The position numbers and the translations under genes are program-made. The notes below the pieces were generated by a model. The model had not been told where the DNA came from and ran no database searches. It saw only the letters and a list, made by a program, of their open reading frames with translations. Source: Squalus acanthias (taxonomy: Eukaryota). Taken from it: a stretch of DNA of 64,000 nt. Of this stretch, positions 39,526 through 52,079 are shown piece by piece (within the stretch, counting starts at the first letter, position 1; each line of letters starts with the position of its first letter). The DNA is taken from the NCBI GenBank assembly GCA_030390025.1, contig CM059445.1:43400001-43464000 (forward strand), given 5' to 3'.

Positions 39526-40934
39526 CTCATTTGTCAGAGTAAATTATGACTCGAACAGAAGTTAGAAACGGTTTTTAAAAAATCTCAATTCGAGAAAGAT
39601 CATTGAAATATACCAACATGAACAAAAATAAAATTCTCAATAGCAAAAAGGCTTAAACACAGGAACATTAATACTTTATTAAATATATAATAGCAAAGAT
39701 AAACAAGTTGTAGCCTATCAGCTTGAAAATTTCTCTTCATAAAACCCAAATAATCTCTTACTCTTCCAAATAAAAGATTAATTTCAATGCAATTGTTGGT
39801 ATTTGTCAAACTCAAGTTAACAATCTCTTTTGCAAAGTCCAAAGTCAGCTTCAGGTGACACTTACAACCAGAAAAGAAATGGAACAGTATGTGAAATTTT
39901 ATTGCAGTTCCTTCCCTCCAGCATAATGGGCATGTGGAATCGACTCCTAGCAGTTAATATAATTAGGAATGGGAATAAGGGTTATAAGGATAATTTACAG
40001 GCACTGATGTTGAAAGTCTTCCTGGCAGTTTGAACCAAAATCATAATTGACGAATGTTAGATATTTCCCCAGAAATCAGTGAATCGGTTATTGTTGAAGT
40101 TCTAATCGACAGACTGCTGCAATTCACTGTGTTTAATGATCCCTGCAGGTTTCCCCCAACAAGCTATAAAGTTGTGTCTGATATCATTGTTGACTGAGTT
40201 TCCCTTTTACATAATGACTTCCTGGCACCAAATATATCTAAATATCCTTTCATTTAATATCATACAATCTTTGATTTATCTAGCTCTGAATACAAAGCTA
40301 ATATATACATGGACAGGTACATTTTTAGGCTGGGGTTTCCACTTGTCCACTTGACAGCCTGAAACTTCCCTCTCCTTCATTTGAACAGACAGGAAAATCA
40401 CAGGCTCGTGAGTGCGTAGAAGAAAACCCTGACCCTCACCTTGAATATAAAGTGTTGCAGTGGAACTTTTTAATGGTGAAAGCTTCCTTGCATTGACAGA
40501 ACATCAATCTATGGGCAGTCATATGACTTGAGTATTACTGACATACTGATAGTTTGATTCAATTGAGATAGTGACTAAGCTCAAATTTATTTACAGTAAA
40601 CAGGCAATTTGTCTTGAAATGGCTGCAGTTTGGCTTATAGTCCTGAAAAATGACAATATCTCACTGTACCTCTGCAGACGACTCCAGCCCTATGACTCAA
40701 TCTACTGCTAACACCCCATTCCTCTGACTCTGGTCTAATGTCTATTTTCCCCCTCTCCTTCACCCCAGCATTTGGGTAGTCCTCAGCCGCCTAGGCTCCT
40801 ACTCTGGAATTCTCTTCCTAAACTTATCCATCACTCCACCTCACTCACCTCCTTTAAAAACCTTCTCAAAATTCATCTGTTCGGCCAAGCTTTTGGGCAC
40901 TCTTCCTAACTTTTGCCTACTGGCTCGGTGTCAG

Positions 40935-41420
40935 TTTCCTTATGCCAGAGTTTTCCTCTCATGCAGATACACAAATTTACACACAGCATACTGTGAATTT
41001 TGTAGCTGCATGAACAAGTGCTGAATACCTGCACGTCAGCAGCTGTAGCAGTGTCTGAGGAGCAAGAGACTGATACGAGAGTTTCACAATTTGCTCGCTG
41101 AATGTGCCAATCAATGGAATGTAAAGTTGGAGGCAAAGATTTATTCTTGAGTTAGTGTCGAGAGAACAGATCTTTTTTCTGCTTTATCAGTATGTGGTGC
41201 ATCATAGAGAGATGCAAAAGGCCTACATATCTTTTTTTATTTGAGTTGATCTCATAGCAAGTCTTTCTTGACTCGGTCAACAAAGGTACGGCCATAAGTA
41301 TCTTTTTTATTTTTATAATTCTTTCCAGGTTTTTCTCTTTCCAATGTGGCTCAAAACACCTTTACTATCACAGCCAGTTAATGAATGGAATTTTTATATG
41401 GTCTGTGTCAGATAGGCAAG
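40935..41420 (-). mobile_element. Fossil of an Academ-type transposase C-terminus (XPG-like motif plus Cys-rich finger)
   Basis: Minus-strand FHSLTGCDSKGVLSHIGKRK, then KSLPPTLHSIDWHIQRAN, then CSCS...LCVNLCIC, with stops and frameshifts. Confidence 0.6.
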
Positions 41421-41599
41421 TTATCAGCTGTCACAGATATTAAAATATATAATACTTTATCTTTCACAACAAACCTGAACTACAATTATTGAGTACTAAG
41501 CCACTCAAATATTCTTATCAGAGACATCAAGTAAAATATAAGATGACCTGATTCAATACACAAAAGCAAAAATAGAATACTTTGCAAGATCTGTGCAAG

Positions 41600-42230
41600 G
41601 CAAAGCAGAAGCCATTCAGTGAGGAACAGCACTGCAAGAAGGTTCTGTTTGTTGCGCACTCCAAAATGACATAAATTTCTTAGTAATTTCAGACGTGGTG
41701 GCTCAGGACAAGTGTATATTTATGATATTTTTTGAAAGATGCCTTTATTATGGACAAGAGTTCCAAGAACACATGTGCACTTACGTAATAATATAGATAT
41801 TTAAGCATTACCGAGGCTATTCAGCTCTTTGTGCTTGTGTTGAATTTCAAGAACGATTCTTGGACTTCAGGAATCATGAAGGAGAGTTTTCAATTCTAAG
41901 CACATCATTTTTTTGTCAATGTGCATGATATACCAGAGAAGCTCCAAATAGAAGTTATTGAACTGCAGCGTGCGATACTCTTTTGAAGGACAAGTTTTCT
42001 GATACTGGTGTGAGCAAGTTTCATCAATATCCGACACCAAATTATCCCAAACTGAAGTCCTTTGTATAATGAATCCCTTCCATGTTTGGGATCACGTGCA
42101 TGTGTGAACAAATATTCTCTACCATGAATATCAACAAGTCTAAATCATGTTCTTGATACTCAAGATAATCTCAAAAGAGTAATTGGCTCCAAATGTTGAT
42201 GCACTGGTTAAGAGGTGCCAGGTATTTTTA
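41600..42230 (+). mobile_element. Fossil hAT (Charlie/SPIN/GTF2IRD2-like) transposase C-terminus
   Basis: EFQERFLDFRNHE...PEKLQIEVIELQ, DTLLKDKF and SMFGITCMCEQIFSTMNINKSK (hAT dimerisation region), frameshifted. Confidence 0.75.
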
Positions 42231-43032
42231 TTTTAGTAACATTTGCTGAATGTGGCCCATTCCAAGTGCCAGGATATCTCATCAGATTCACCATATCAAT
42301 TGCATATGACATCCCTGCACTGGAACCTCATGCAAAAATACTATTGTTTACAAGGCAGAGGATCGGGATTGTACATTATGACTGTGAAATCAAAATTCTA
42401 GTAGCATATTCAGAATCTGACACTAAATGGTTACTTATGAATTCAGTTTGGAGAGAGACAAGTACACAGTACAAGGCATCAGATTTTCTTATTTTAAAAG
42501 GCCCTGACACCTTTTTTTCGCCGTTATCAATATGGTGGGCAGCGCATAATACCGTGCTTGCTCTGCCCGCCTTATTGGATGCTTAGGCACCTGTTTTGCA
42601 CCTAAAAAATGTACACAGCACCATCAAATTTCAAGGCCCATTTCTAAACAAGAAAATGTATCTACTGAAGTTATTTCAGGTAATTCAAATTATCTGGAGG
42701 TGTCTTAGGTACGACACTGGTCTTGTTTAACAAAGGAACCTTGTGTGGTGACAAAAAAACAAAAGAATATAAATTGGATTGTCTAAAATAACTGCCAGGT
42801 TAAAGAATAGAATTACTGCGCTCCACAATGTTCTCCAGTTTGCCTTTTCACAAGCCAGAATTCCATCACCACGCTGTCTTCTTTGTAATTCACAGGCATT
42901 ACCAGCCTTTATGTATGTATTTCAAAATCACCAAAGCTACAGGAGTGCTGCCAGGCCATATCATTAGTCCTTTGTCGAGGACTATGATCTTAGAAGCAAC
43001 TGGGTCATAGCATGCAGGATTTCCATATCACA

Positions 43033-44681
43033 GGCCGAGATTTTCCGGGGGCGTTCAGCAGGCGCAATCGGTGGCGGGTCGGGTGGGAAAGTGTTTTTCC
43101 CCCCAGCGGGTCGGGACCCCGCTGTGAACCCGTCGCCACGCGCCTTTCCCCGATGTCGGGTCTGTCAGCGCTGAGCAGACCCGACACTCAGCGGCAGGGG
43201 ACCCAATTCAGGTAATTATGACCTTGTTTAGAGATCATTAAGAATATATTTGAGCTCACCTTTTGATTTTACGTGCTCGCCCATGGGGTCCTCGCTGCTT
43301 GGGGATCACGTCTGTTAGGCTGAGGCAGGAGTTCAGTGGCCACTGAATCAGCTGATGAGTTGACAGCTTCAAATGTAAAGTAAAAGCTCCCACCTTAAGA
43401 GATATCTTCCCTCAGCCACAAGCTCTTCCTCACTGCATTTCACAATAGATTCAGCATGCTGCAAGTCTTTACACAAGTCTCCATCCAGTCTGACCTCATT
43501 ACCTCTCTCACCATTGACAGATCGCTTCTGTCATCTCTACTTCACCTGCCATCTATTCCATCAGCATGGGTGCACTTCATATGCTCTCACCTTGGTCCTC
43601 AGAATCCCACCACGATCAACCCCAACACTAGCAGCACCAAGTACACCAGCAGCAACAACACCACCACCAACCTTCTTCTCAATCAACTGATGCTGCACAG
43701 GACAGAGGGCATCAGCACCCGACCACATTGCTGACCGGGAGGCCATGCATGGCCTCACCATGGCCAGATTTACTTCACTTGACACTGTACACCCTGGCTG
43801 CTAGGTTGGCACCACCCCACACCAACACCATAAAGCATCCCTACAATGCCCAAGCCATTCCTTTCACACTCATCACCATTGCGGGGGGTACTGCTACGTC
43901 TCACCATTCACTGCAACTCACTAAGCCACTTCCAAAGGTGCACACAAATCTGTCCAAGAATGCAAGGTGTTGAAAATAAAGGTTTCAATGTTTGACACCA
44001 CATTAACAGAAACTTTACATGAACATTGCATAAAACACCCAAGTGCCTACCCTTGTGTGTTGCTAGTTGGTATGATTGCACTAGGATGAGTGTGAGTGGT
44101 GGCTAGTGAGATGGGGATGTGATAATATAGACAGAGAGAGATGGGTGGAGGTGCAAGGTAAGTTGGTGTGAGTAAGGATGTGCAGGAGTAGGGTAGAGAA
44201 GGCAGAGTGATGGGGATGTGATGAGTGGCATAGCAGGATGAGGTTAAGTGTGGCTTTGTACTAAAGTTTCATGATCTACTGAGAGCATTGAAACGTTTGC
44301 GGTACTGCACCCAGGTCCTCCTGACCACATCCCTGCTTGTGTCCTCCTCTGCAATGTGCAACCAGGCTGTGTTGATCTCCTGGGGAGGGCTCTTCTGCCC
44401 ATGGGAAGGGAAGAGGACCTCCCTGCGTGCTTGGACTTCCTCCATAAGCATATGGAGGGAGTCATGGGAGAGCCTGGGTGCAGCCCTGCACCTCTGTTAA
44501 GTGATTGTCAGTGTTTGCAGCATCTCAATGCTGTAGAACACTAACAGCACGAATGTCAAAATAAATTTGGACTTGGTCCCTTAATGAAACCGGCTGATGA
44601 CACGTCATCAAATTAGGTCAACAAACCCACTTCCTCTAATTGGCCAGGAAATGCGCTTGGCGGGCTTAACAAGCCCAATCA
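43033..44681 (-). mobile_element. Non-autonomous PIF/Harbinger family A, copy 3 (one end lost)
   Basis: TIR ggccgagattttccg at 43033; reverse-colinear with 13238-14905; ORF 44269..44451 EEVQARREVLFP...AWLHIAEE...RRTWVQYRKRFNAL (Myb/SANT-like). Confidence 0.9.
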
Positions 44682-45224
44682 TTTCAGACAGGGGATTCCT
44701 CCTGCAGGCAGATATAAATGGAAAAACAGTGTTTGAGAATATGTTCTTCACCATTTTATCTGAAAAAGGAGGACTAATGGCATGATTCCTTAAAAAAAAA
44801 GGCAAATGTTAATTTCGCATTGCACTCCATGAAAACTAATTCCTAATGTGAATTTCAAGTGAATCACTGTTCAAAAATAGCATTTACCAGATGGTCTCTC
44901 CAATCTCTGAAGTCTCATTCACTCAAGCTGAAATTCCCTTTTGGTGATGTGGTTGTGTTGCTCAAAACAATAGATACTTGTAAAAAAAACAGCAACTCAA
45001 ACATCTCTTAGGAGGATTTCTATTACCACAAATAATGGCATTCTGAACTCATGATTCCATATGGACTAACTTTTCAAATATATATTTCTAGAATATATAA
45101 TAGTCATAGAATTCTAGCTAAATTAGTAGTTACTTTTAGAGTGGCATTTGATTTAGTTTAAAAAATAAATATTTAAATAAATTGAAAATACATTTTTATT
45201 TGGTAAATTATTGATGGTACATAA

Positions 45225-45300
45225 TCTCACCTCGGAGTAAGAAGGTTGTGGGTTCAAGTCCCACTTCAGAGTCTTGAATACAAAATCTAGACTGACACTT
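45225..45300 (+). mobile_element. tRNA-derived SINE head fragment
   Basis: 'gaaggttgtgggttcaagtcccact' B-box-like sequence followed by 'aaaatctagactgacact'. Confidence 0.55.
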
Positions 45301-46911
45301 CTTTGCTGTGAGACTAATGTAAACAGAATAGTTATGATATAAATTGTTCCCAGTACCATCAGTAGTAATATTCAATAAAGACTGACAGCATACACTAAAT
45401 TGGCAATCACCGACAGAATTTATTTTTCCTAAGTATTGGTGCTCAAAAATGTCACTTTTTCTAACTTATTCAAGACACCTTAACCGTAGTGAAATAAGTT
45501 GTTTTTTTCATCTACAATGATCCTTGCCATCTGATAGGAGAAACGTAAGAGCCACTTGGGGTAGCTTGACCAAGATTTCCCCTCCTTCCCCTTGGCCTCA
45601 GTCTAGTGCATCAATATGCAGAGCAACCGAAATATGTCAACATATTGAAAAGATACCAGAGTGGCTTCCATTTGAAAAAATGGAAGGGAAATTGAACTCT
45701 GATAAAATCATTGAGGAAATTTTTTGCCTTCGCCACATGGGCGGTAATCTGGTGATGTGGATTTCCCCGCCACCCCCAAATATACAGCCCACCCAATTTT
45801 TATTCCATTAATTTTAATAGAATGAAAATCAGATGGGTTCGATAACAGGCAGGCAATCCGCTTCACCAGATTACTGCCTATGCAACGAAGACAAGTATTT
45901 ATCCCATTGTTTTTATTTCACACTCCCCTCCTCAATACTACCCTGATCCTGAAGTGTGTGACACTGCTATAATTACAACCTCGATTATGTTACCAAATCT
46001 ACGGCATCAAAATATACACATGCAAGCAAAATAAACAACTGCACTATTATGAAAACCAGTCTAAAACTCTGAAGCCAGATGTGTTGACGAGTTACATGGG
46101 CACATCACTGTTAGTCACAGTGGTTCACATAAACAAGGAAAGGGAACCTTCAGCAGTTCAGATACATCAATAAAATGTTGAGACTAAATTAAAACCTGCA
46201 TCGTACTCCCAGTTATTTTAGATTGTAATAACTGTAATGGATTGCCACTGTGTTGTTCACAGATAAATAATATGCTGCTGGCCCACCTCACCTAGATGAA
46301 TAAATTAGTCTGTTTCCCCTTTCCCCATATATTCTTCTTGAAGATTTTCCATCTGATTTTTAATCTTTCCCCTGTTCTGTGTTATCTGCAGTACTTTTTT
46401 CTCTATCTTTTTATTTTCCGTAGCAACCTCGTGAAGAGGGAAGGGAGAGAATAATAGATTGTATTTTTCAATATAATATTCCGAGCATTGTACAGCAGCC
46501 TTACTAAGCACAGCTGAGGGAGTTCAGAGAAAAAACATTAAAGCAAGTTATGACATTTGGCTGCTACTGCTACAGTGCCTCGATCACAAGATGTACCATT
46601 TATGAACTGTGAAATTATTTCACAAGGAAATTAAACTGAGATTATAACCTGTGCCTCACACAGTAAGCAATCAATGAGGATGAGAATAGGCTCAGTCAGC
46701 ACCCATCAAGTTAGACTTAGTTTCAGTAAGAGTCAATTATTTTTATTATTCCTACTGTGCTTCGATGCAATAGAAAATTACATCTCTGTTCAAATAATGG
46801 CTTACAATTTGGCCCACCATTCTTCTCCCAAGAATTGGCAGTGATCTGTTCTTGCCAAGTGTAGCAGTGATAAATCATGTCTCTTTCTTACAAAATAAGA
46901 TCATTTAAAGA

Positions 46912-47097
46912 TAGAAATAGAAACATATAGAAACATAGAAAATAGGTACAGGAGTAGACCATTCGGTCCTTCGAGCCTGCACCGCCATTCAATGCGTTCA
47001 TGGCTGAACATACTACCTCAGTACCCCATTCCTGCTTTCTCGCCATACCCCTTGATCTCCCTAGTTGTGAGTGTTATATCTAACTCCCTTTTGAATA
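46912..47097 (-). mobile_element. CR1 3' UTR fragment
   Basis: 'agaaacatagaaaataggtacaggagtagaccattcggtccttcgagcctgc'. Confidence 0.75.
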
Positions 47098-47539
47098 TAA
47101 ACAGTTTTACAAGAAACTTGATGCATTTCCCAAAGAAATTAGAAGTTAAACAGTAATTTTAAGGAAACAATTGTAATACGGGTATCAGTTTGAGGCTTTA
47201 TTACTTAGAATGAAACAGGACCAGTGGACACGAGTTGTACTGCTGCCTGAACACCTCTCTCTGGCCAGGGAAAATACAGAACTGGGTAGTTGGTTCTTTA
47301 CGAACATTAAAAATTCAAAAAATTGAGCTTAAAAATTCGGTTGAACCACCTGGGAACTCTTTAGTTAGACCTCTGCTGGTGCAAAGTTGAGAAGTGCACG
47401 ACTACCTGCTCAAGGTAGGCTCACATTGTTTGACTAAATTAAAAACATGTTGCATCTATTTATCTATATTAATAGGTTCTGTTCGACACCACAGAAGGCA
47501 AGCATGCTAGTTCCACAGCAAATACTGACAATTTAAGCT

Positions 47540-47935
47540 AGTTACATCGAGTCTACAGCACAGAAACAGGACATTTGGCCCAACAGGTCCGTGCCAGTGT
47601 TTATGCTCCACACACGAGTCTGCTCCCTCCCCTCTTCATCTCACCCGAGCAGCATATCCTTCTATTCCTTTCTCCCTCATGTGCTTATCTAGCGTCCCCT
47701 TAAATGCATCTATGTTATTTACCTCAACTACTCCTTGTGTTAGCGTGTTCCACATTCTCGCCACTCTCTGGGTAAAGAAATTTCTCCTGAATTCCCTATT
47801 GGATTTATTAGTGACTATCTTATATTTATGGCCGCTGGTCTTGGTCTTCCACAAGTGGAAACATTTTCTCCACGTCTACCCTGTCAAAGCTTTTCATTAT
47901 CTTAAAGACCTCTATCAGGTAACCCCTCAGCCTAT
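47540..47935 (-). mobile_element. CR1 3' end fragment
   Basis: ORF 47636..47854 REFRRNFFTQRVARMWNTL. Confidence 0.85.
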
Positions 47936-48661
47936 CTCGAGTGGAAATAAATCTAAAGATTAGCTAAGTAAGTTAAACTAACCTGTAAAAATTGAAGTTT
48001 TAAATGAAATGTTAATAAAATTAGGCCGATTGAAGAAGCCGGAGACTCAATTTATCTGTAGCTGGAGTCAGACGTGCCAGCTGTTTAGGCCTACTCAATT
48101 CTATTTTAAAATTTTGTTTCTGAGCCACACAAAAGAACATACCTATTGTATTAAATAAATGACATTCTGGCCAGCAAAATTATCCCATAATGGCAGACTA
48201 TAAAAGGGCACGGTCATGATATTCCATAATGTTTCATATTTCTTATGCACTACCTATAAAATGCACTCTCTCTTTTACTCTCCTCTCCACAGTAAAATTT
48301 ACTGCATATATACCGTGCATTTGTTGCGCACAATAAGCAACTTTCCCCTGGTTTTATTTGGAATATAAAATAGCTGTAAACAATGTCGATCAACAAACGC
48401 TGTACCAACACTCGACAGCAAGTTACAGCACTGTTACTCACCATGTTCAAAGCCTAGGAAATCTTCACAGTCACTGTCTAACTGGAGCTAGGTCAACGTA
48501 ATCCAAAATTCAGAACTACAGAATCCTCCTCCACAGAAACCTCTGACAATTCCTCCAAAGAGTTATCTCCTCTGAATTTATCATCAAATTAAGGTGTTTC
48601 TGGTGACTTCCCTATGATTCCAGAATTTATAACTCACTTGCCACAAATTATTGAAGATCAT

Positions 48662-49364
48662 GGGCTGTAATTTGCGACCCCCCCGGGTGCGTACGCGCCA
48701 GTAGGGGCCGCGCAAGTTCCGGGTTTAGGCATGCGAGAAAAGGGAAAAGGGCCTCCACAGGTGGAGAGTTGTGCTATTTGCCCAACTTCTGCCCAGCAAA
48801 TGCCCGTGAAATTCTTACGCCTGGTAAAAGCAGACGTAAGGCCTGCTTTTACCAGCATAAGAGTTTTACAAAATAGAAAAATAAAATGTTATCACTCATT
48901 TATACTTTAAAAACCCTGTCCAATAAGGTAAGTTTATTTTTAGACCTGTTAAACATATACATTGCTTTTTCAAAAAATTAAATTTTTGTTTAAAATATTT
49001 AATTAAATGGCATTTTAATTAATTTTAAATATGTAATTTTTTTAATTTTTTTATTTCATGTGTTCGTGAATTTTTTTTAACTGATCCCCATTCATACTTA
49101 TGGGGATTCCATTTGTACGGAACTCCCATAAGCATGAATGGGGATTCCCTTCTTTTATTGGTTGGGCCGGCCCACGTGATCCCAGGGGCGCTTGTGAACC
49201 GCATGTGCCCCTGGGATACGTGGGCCTCTACCCGCGGGTACCCGGAGAGGCCCAGGATCGCGAATCTCCATAGCTCCGGACCACCAGGTAAATGCGTAGA
49301 TTTTTTTTTAAAACCGATCGGGGGCATCCGCCCGCGGGAAGCCTCCGACCACAAATTTTGGGCC
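48662..49364 (+). mobile_element. MITE family B, copy 4
   Basis: Ends gggctgtaatttg / caaattttgggcc; colinear with 16758-17510; TSD not clean. Confidence 0.8.
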
Positions 49365-49691
49365 AAGGACTCCAAAGTGCTGGCCATCTCCTTCCATACT
49401 ACACAAATGGTGGACATTCTCATTCTGCCACCTGCAGTGAAGGTAGGCAGGCTTTCCAAACATCCATGTCTTTCACATCTACTTAACAGAAACAACAAAT
49501 GGCTTATTCATGGCTATATCTAGCATTTCAGGAAATTCAGTTCATGGCTCCAGGTATCACAGCAACTGATGACTTTGGTCACAGGCTTTTTCCTTGATGA
49601 CTAACAGTGCTGTAACATACCTCTACACTGGTTTACTGCTCCTGCTCCACAGCAGACTTTGTATTGTACAGCTGTGGCATTTCAGGGAGAA

Positions 49692-49725
49692 TTTAATTAA
49701 TTAATTAATTAATTAATTAATTAAT
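49692..49725. repeat. (TTAA)n microsatellite
   Basis: About eight consecutive ttaa units; self-complementary. Confidence 0.9.
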
Positions 49726-50972
49726 AGAAATTAAAGCCTCAGCTTTAATTGAAGTCTCATAACTGTATTTAATTTCTCTCATTATGCCTCCCATTGCCTA
49801 TTAATGTCATTTCTGCCATTTAACCATCTTCTGTTTTCCACTTAAATACAGGTCTTGCTTTCAAAAGCAAACTAGACGAGTACCTGAGAGAAAAGGGAAT
49901 AGAAAGATATGCTAAAATGAGGCAGATGGAATGGGAGAAGACTCATGTGGAATATAAACAGCAGCACAGACGAGTTGGGTCGAATGGCCTGTTTCTGTGC
50001 TGTATATTCTGGGTAATTCTATTTCCTCTCTCGTGAATGTGTCGTTTTTTTCTGCTTCCAAACCTTTGTTCTGTTCTTTTCAATGCTGTCCATCTGTAAT
50101 TTATTCCAGTTCAGACAAAGGGTCTACATCTGAAACATTAACTCATCTATTCTCTCTACAAATGGTGACTGACCTGCTGAGTGTTTCCATGATATTATCT
50201 TATTATCCTCAAATCAATCAGGTTCTTAAACATTAAACATCAGGTGTCATATGTTTATTAAGCATACAGTACATGCAACAGTACTTGAACATGTACTTAA
50301 AAGGCAGTACTTGCAACAAAACCTGATGGTTTAGTAGGGGATTCAAACGTGTTACATTTCTGAGTTCAGTATCTTAGGCCTTTACAAACCCAAATAAATA
50401 CTCATTACAAACAGCCTGTTTTTAATACATCTCTTACTCCCTCTATGTGACAATCCACATAATTCTGCAGTACATAATTATATAAAAGTTAAAAAACATC
50501 TCCATACAAGGAAAATGTAATTGACTTATCCCTGAACGAGCTTTTTCCATTGAGCGAAGTATAACTCCCTTACTTTGTTATCTTATCGATAGTTTCACTC
50601 TTGTTCCATAATTTCTATTCTACCAAGTGAAATCTTTATATTGTAAGTCTGTCTTTGTTTCTGTATCATTCATACCAATTAAAAAGGATGATGCATGCCC
50701 AGACGATTTCCTTTGCAGAGCTATTTTCCTGCGCTGTGATCGAATGATTCAGTATGCAATGGCACATCTTTAATTAAGCCTCTTATTACTTCATCCTGAA
50801 ACTGAGCCCAATAGCCCATTGGTACTTTCAATTGACTTATACTTGCCTGCTTAACAGGAAAAGGCTAAAGGTTAGCATTACAACAATATAAAGATAAATC
50901 AATAGCAGTGTAACATTCGTAGACTTTAAGGGCTCGATTTTTCCAGGCCCGAGGAGGCGGGATTGGAGGCGT

Positions 50973-51411
50973 TGTGGAAGTGCAGTTTTTGTCTCGGACA
51001 AAATGGTGTCCTTGAATTTAAACTAATAAAATGGCCGACTCTGACTTGTGTGGAAAAGGAAAAAAATCCATTGTTATGTTCTTTTCTGAAAATAACTTTA
51101 AATTCTTAGACTATGCTGTCAGCAAAAGACTGCCTGCACAAAAGAAAACAGGCTTAATATTGAGATAACCAAGCGCTAGTAAAGTAAACAAACCAGGCGC
51201 CTTGACCTTGGTGAGAGAAGTAAAATAGATAGACTCCATTTTATAGAGATTAGCTAGTCTCATTGTAAGGCATTTCTAATGTGTTTTTTCTAGTTGTTAA
51301 CTTAGCTTACCTTAAACAACATGTCATGTGATATTATACTGTATAAGAATACTCCATTTTCTGTGATTCAGCAGTCTGTCATCATAGCTAATTGGGCTAT
51401 GGTTGCAGTCT
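50973..51411 (+). repeat. ERV 5' LTR (439 bp; last 81 bp deleted, including AATAAA and U5)
   Basis: Matches 53621-54059 with one substitution seen (aagCgctag vs aagGgctag); TATA-like 'gtataag' at about 51341. Confidence 0.95.
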
Positions 51412-52054
51412 ACCAAGATTTGGAATACCTATGCAACTTTCATGCGACAACGGATCACATTTTACTGGAATGATCATAAAGGAACTATGTAAGGCTTTGC
51501 AGATTAATCAGCATTTCCACTGCAGTTATCATCCGCAATCCGCGGGACTAGTAGAAAGATATAACGGAATGCTGAAGAATAAACTTTCTAAACTTTGCAA
51601 TGAAACTGGACTAAAATGGGTTGAACTGTTACCCTTAGCATTGATGGTAATGCGAGCAGCAACTAACAGGACAACTGGACTGTCGCCACATGAGATTGTT
51701 ATGGGACGGCCCCAAAGGCTGCCATTCTCAGCACCCTTTACGGTTAAACAAATGGACATTCATAAAATGGATGAAAGTATGCTTAACTATTGCATTGCAT
51801 TAACTAGATGTATTTCCAGCTTTCACCAACAGGTAAAGGAAGCTCAAACGGAACCGGCTGAAGGAAAGTGCCATAACTTGGAACCAGGAGATGACGTCTA
51901 CGTAAAGGTCTTTAAGAGGAAGAACGGTCTGCAGCCACGCTTTGAAGGGCCATATCAAGTACTCTTGACAACAAATACAGCTGTAAAGGTCAAGGAAAGA
52001 CCTACTTGGATCCACGCAGCCCATTGCAAGAAAGTATCAGATAAGGACAGTTGA
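51412..52054 (+). pseudogene. pol: ERV integrase, C-terminal two-thirds (open frame, N-terminus deleted)
   Basis: [29 protein letters not shown] and [10 protein letters not shown]...WIHAAHCK. The HHCC finger and first catalytic Asp are missing. Confidence 0.92.
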
Positions 52055-52079
52055 ATTTGAATTTGAAAAGACTTAAACA

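Noticed and set aside
41600-42230. Host GTF2IRD2/ZBED-type gene
   Set aside because: Multiple frameshifts and stops and only a C-terminal fragment; a transposon fossil.
49692-49725. (TTAA)n as a piggyBac footprint
   Set aside because: No piggyBac termini nearby; simple slippage explains it.
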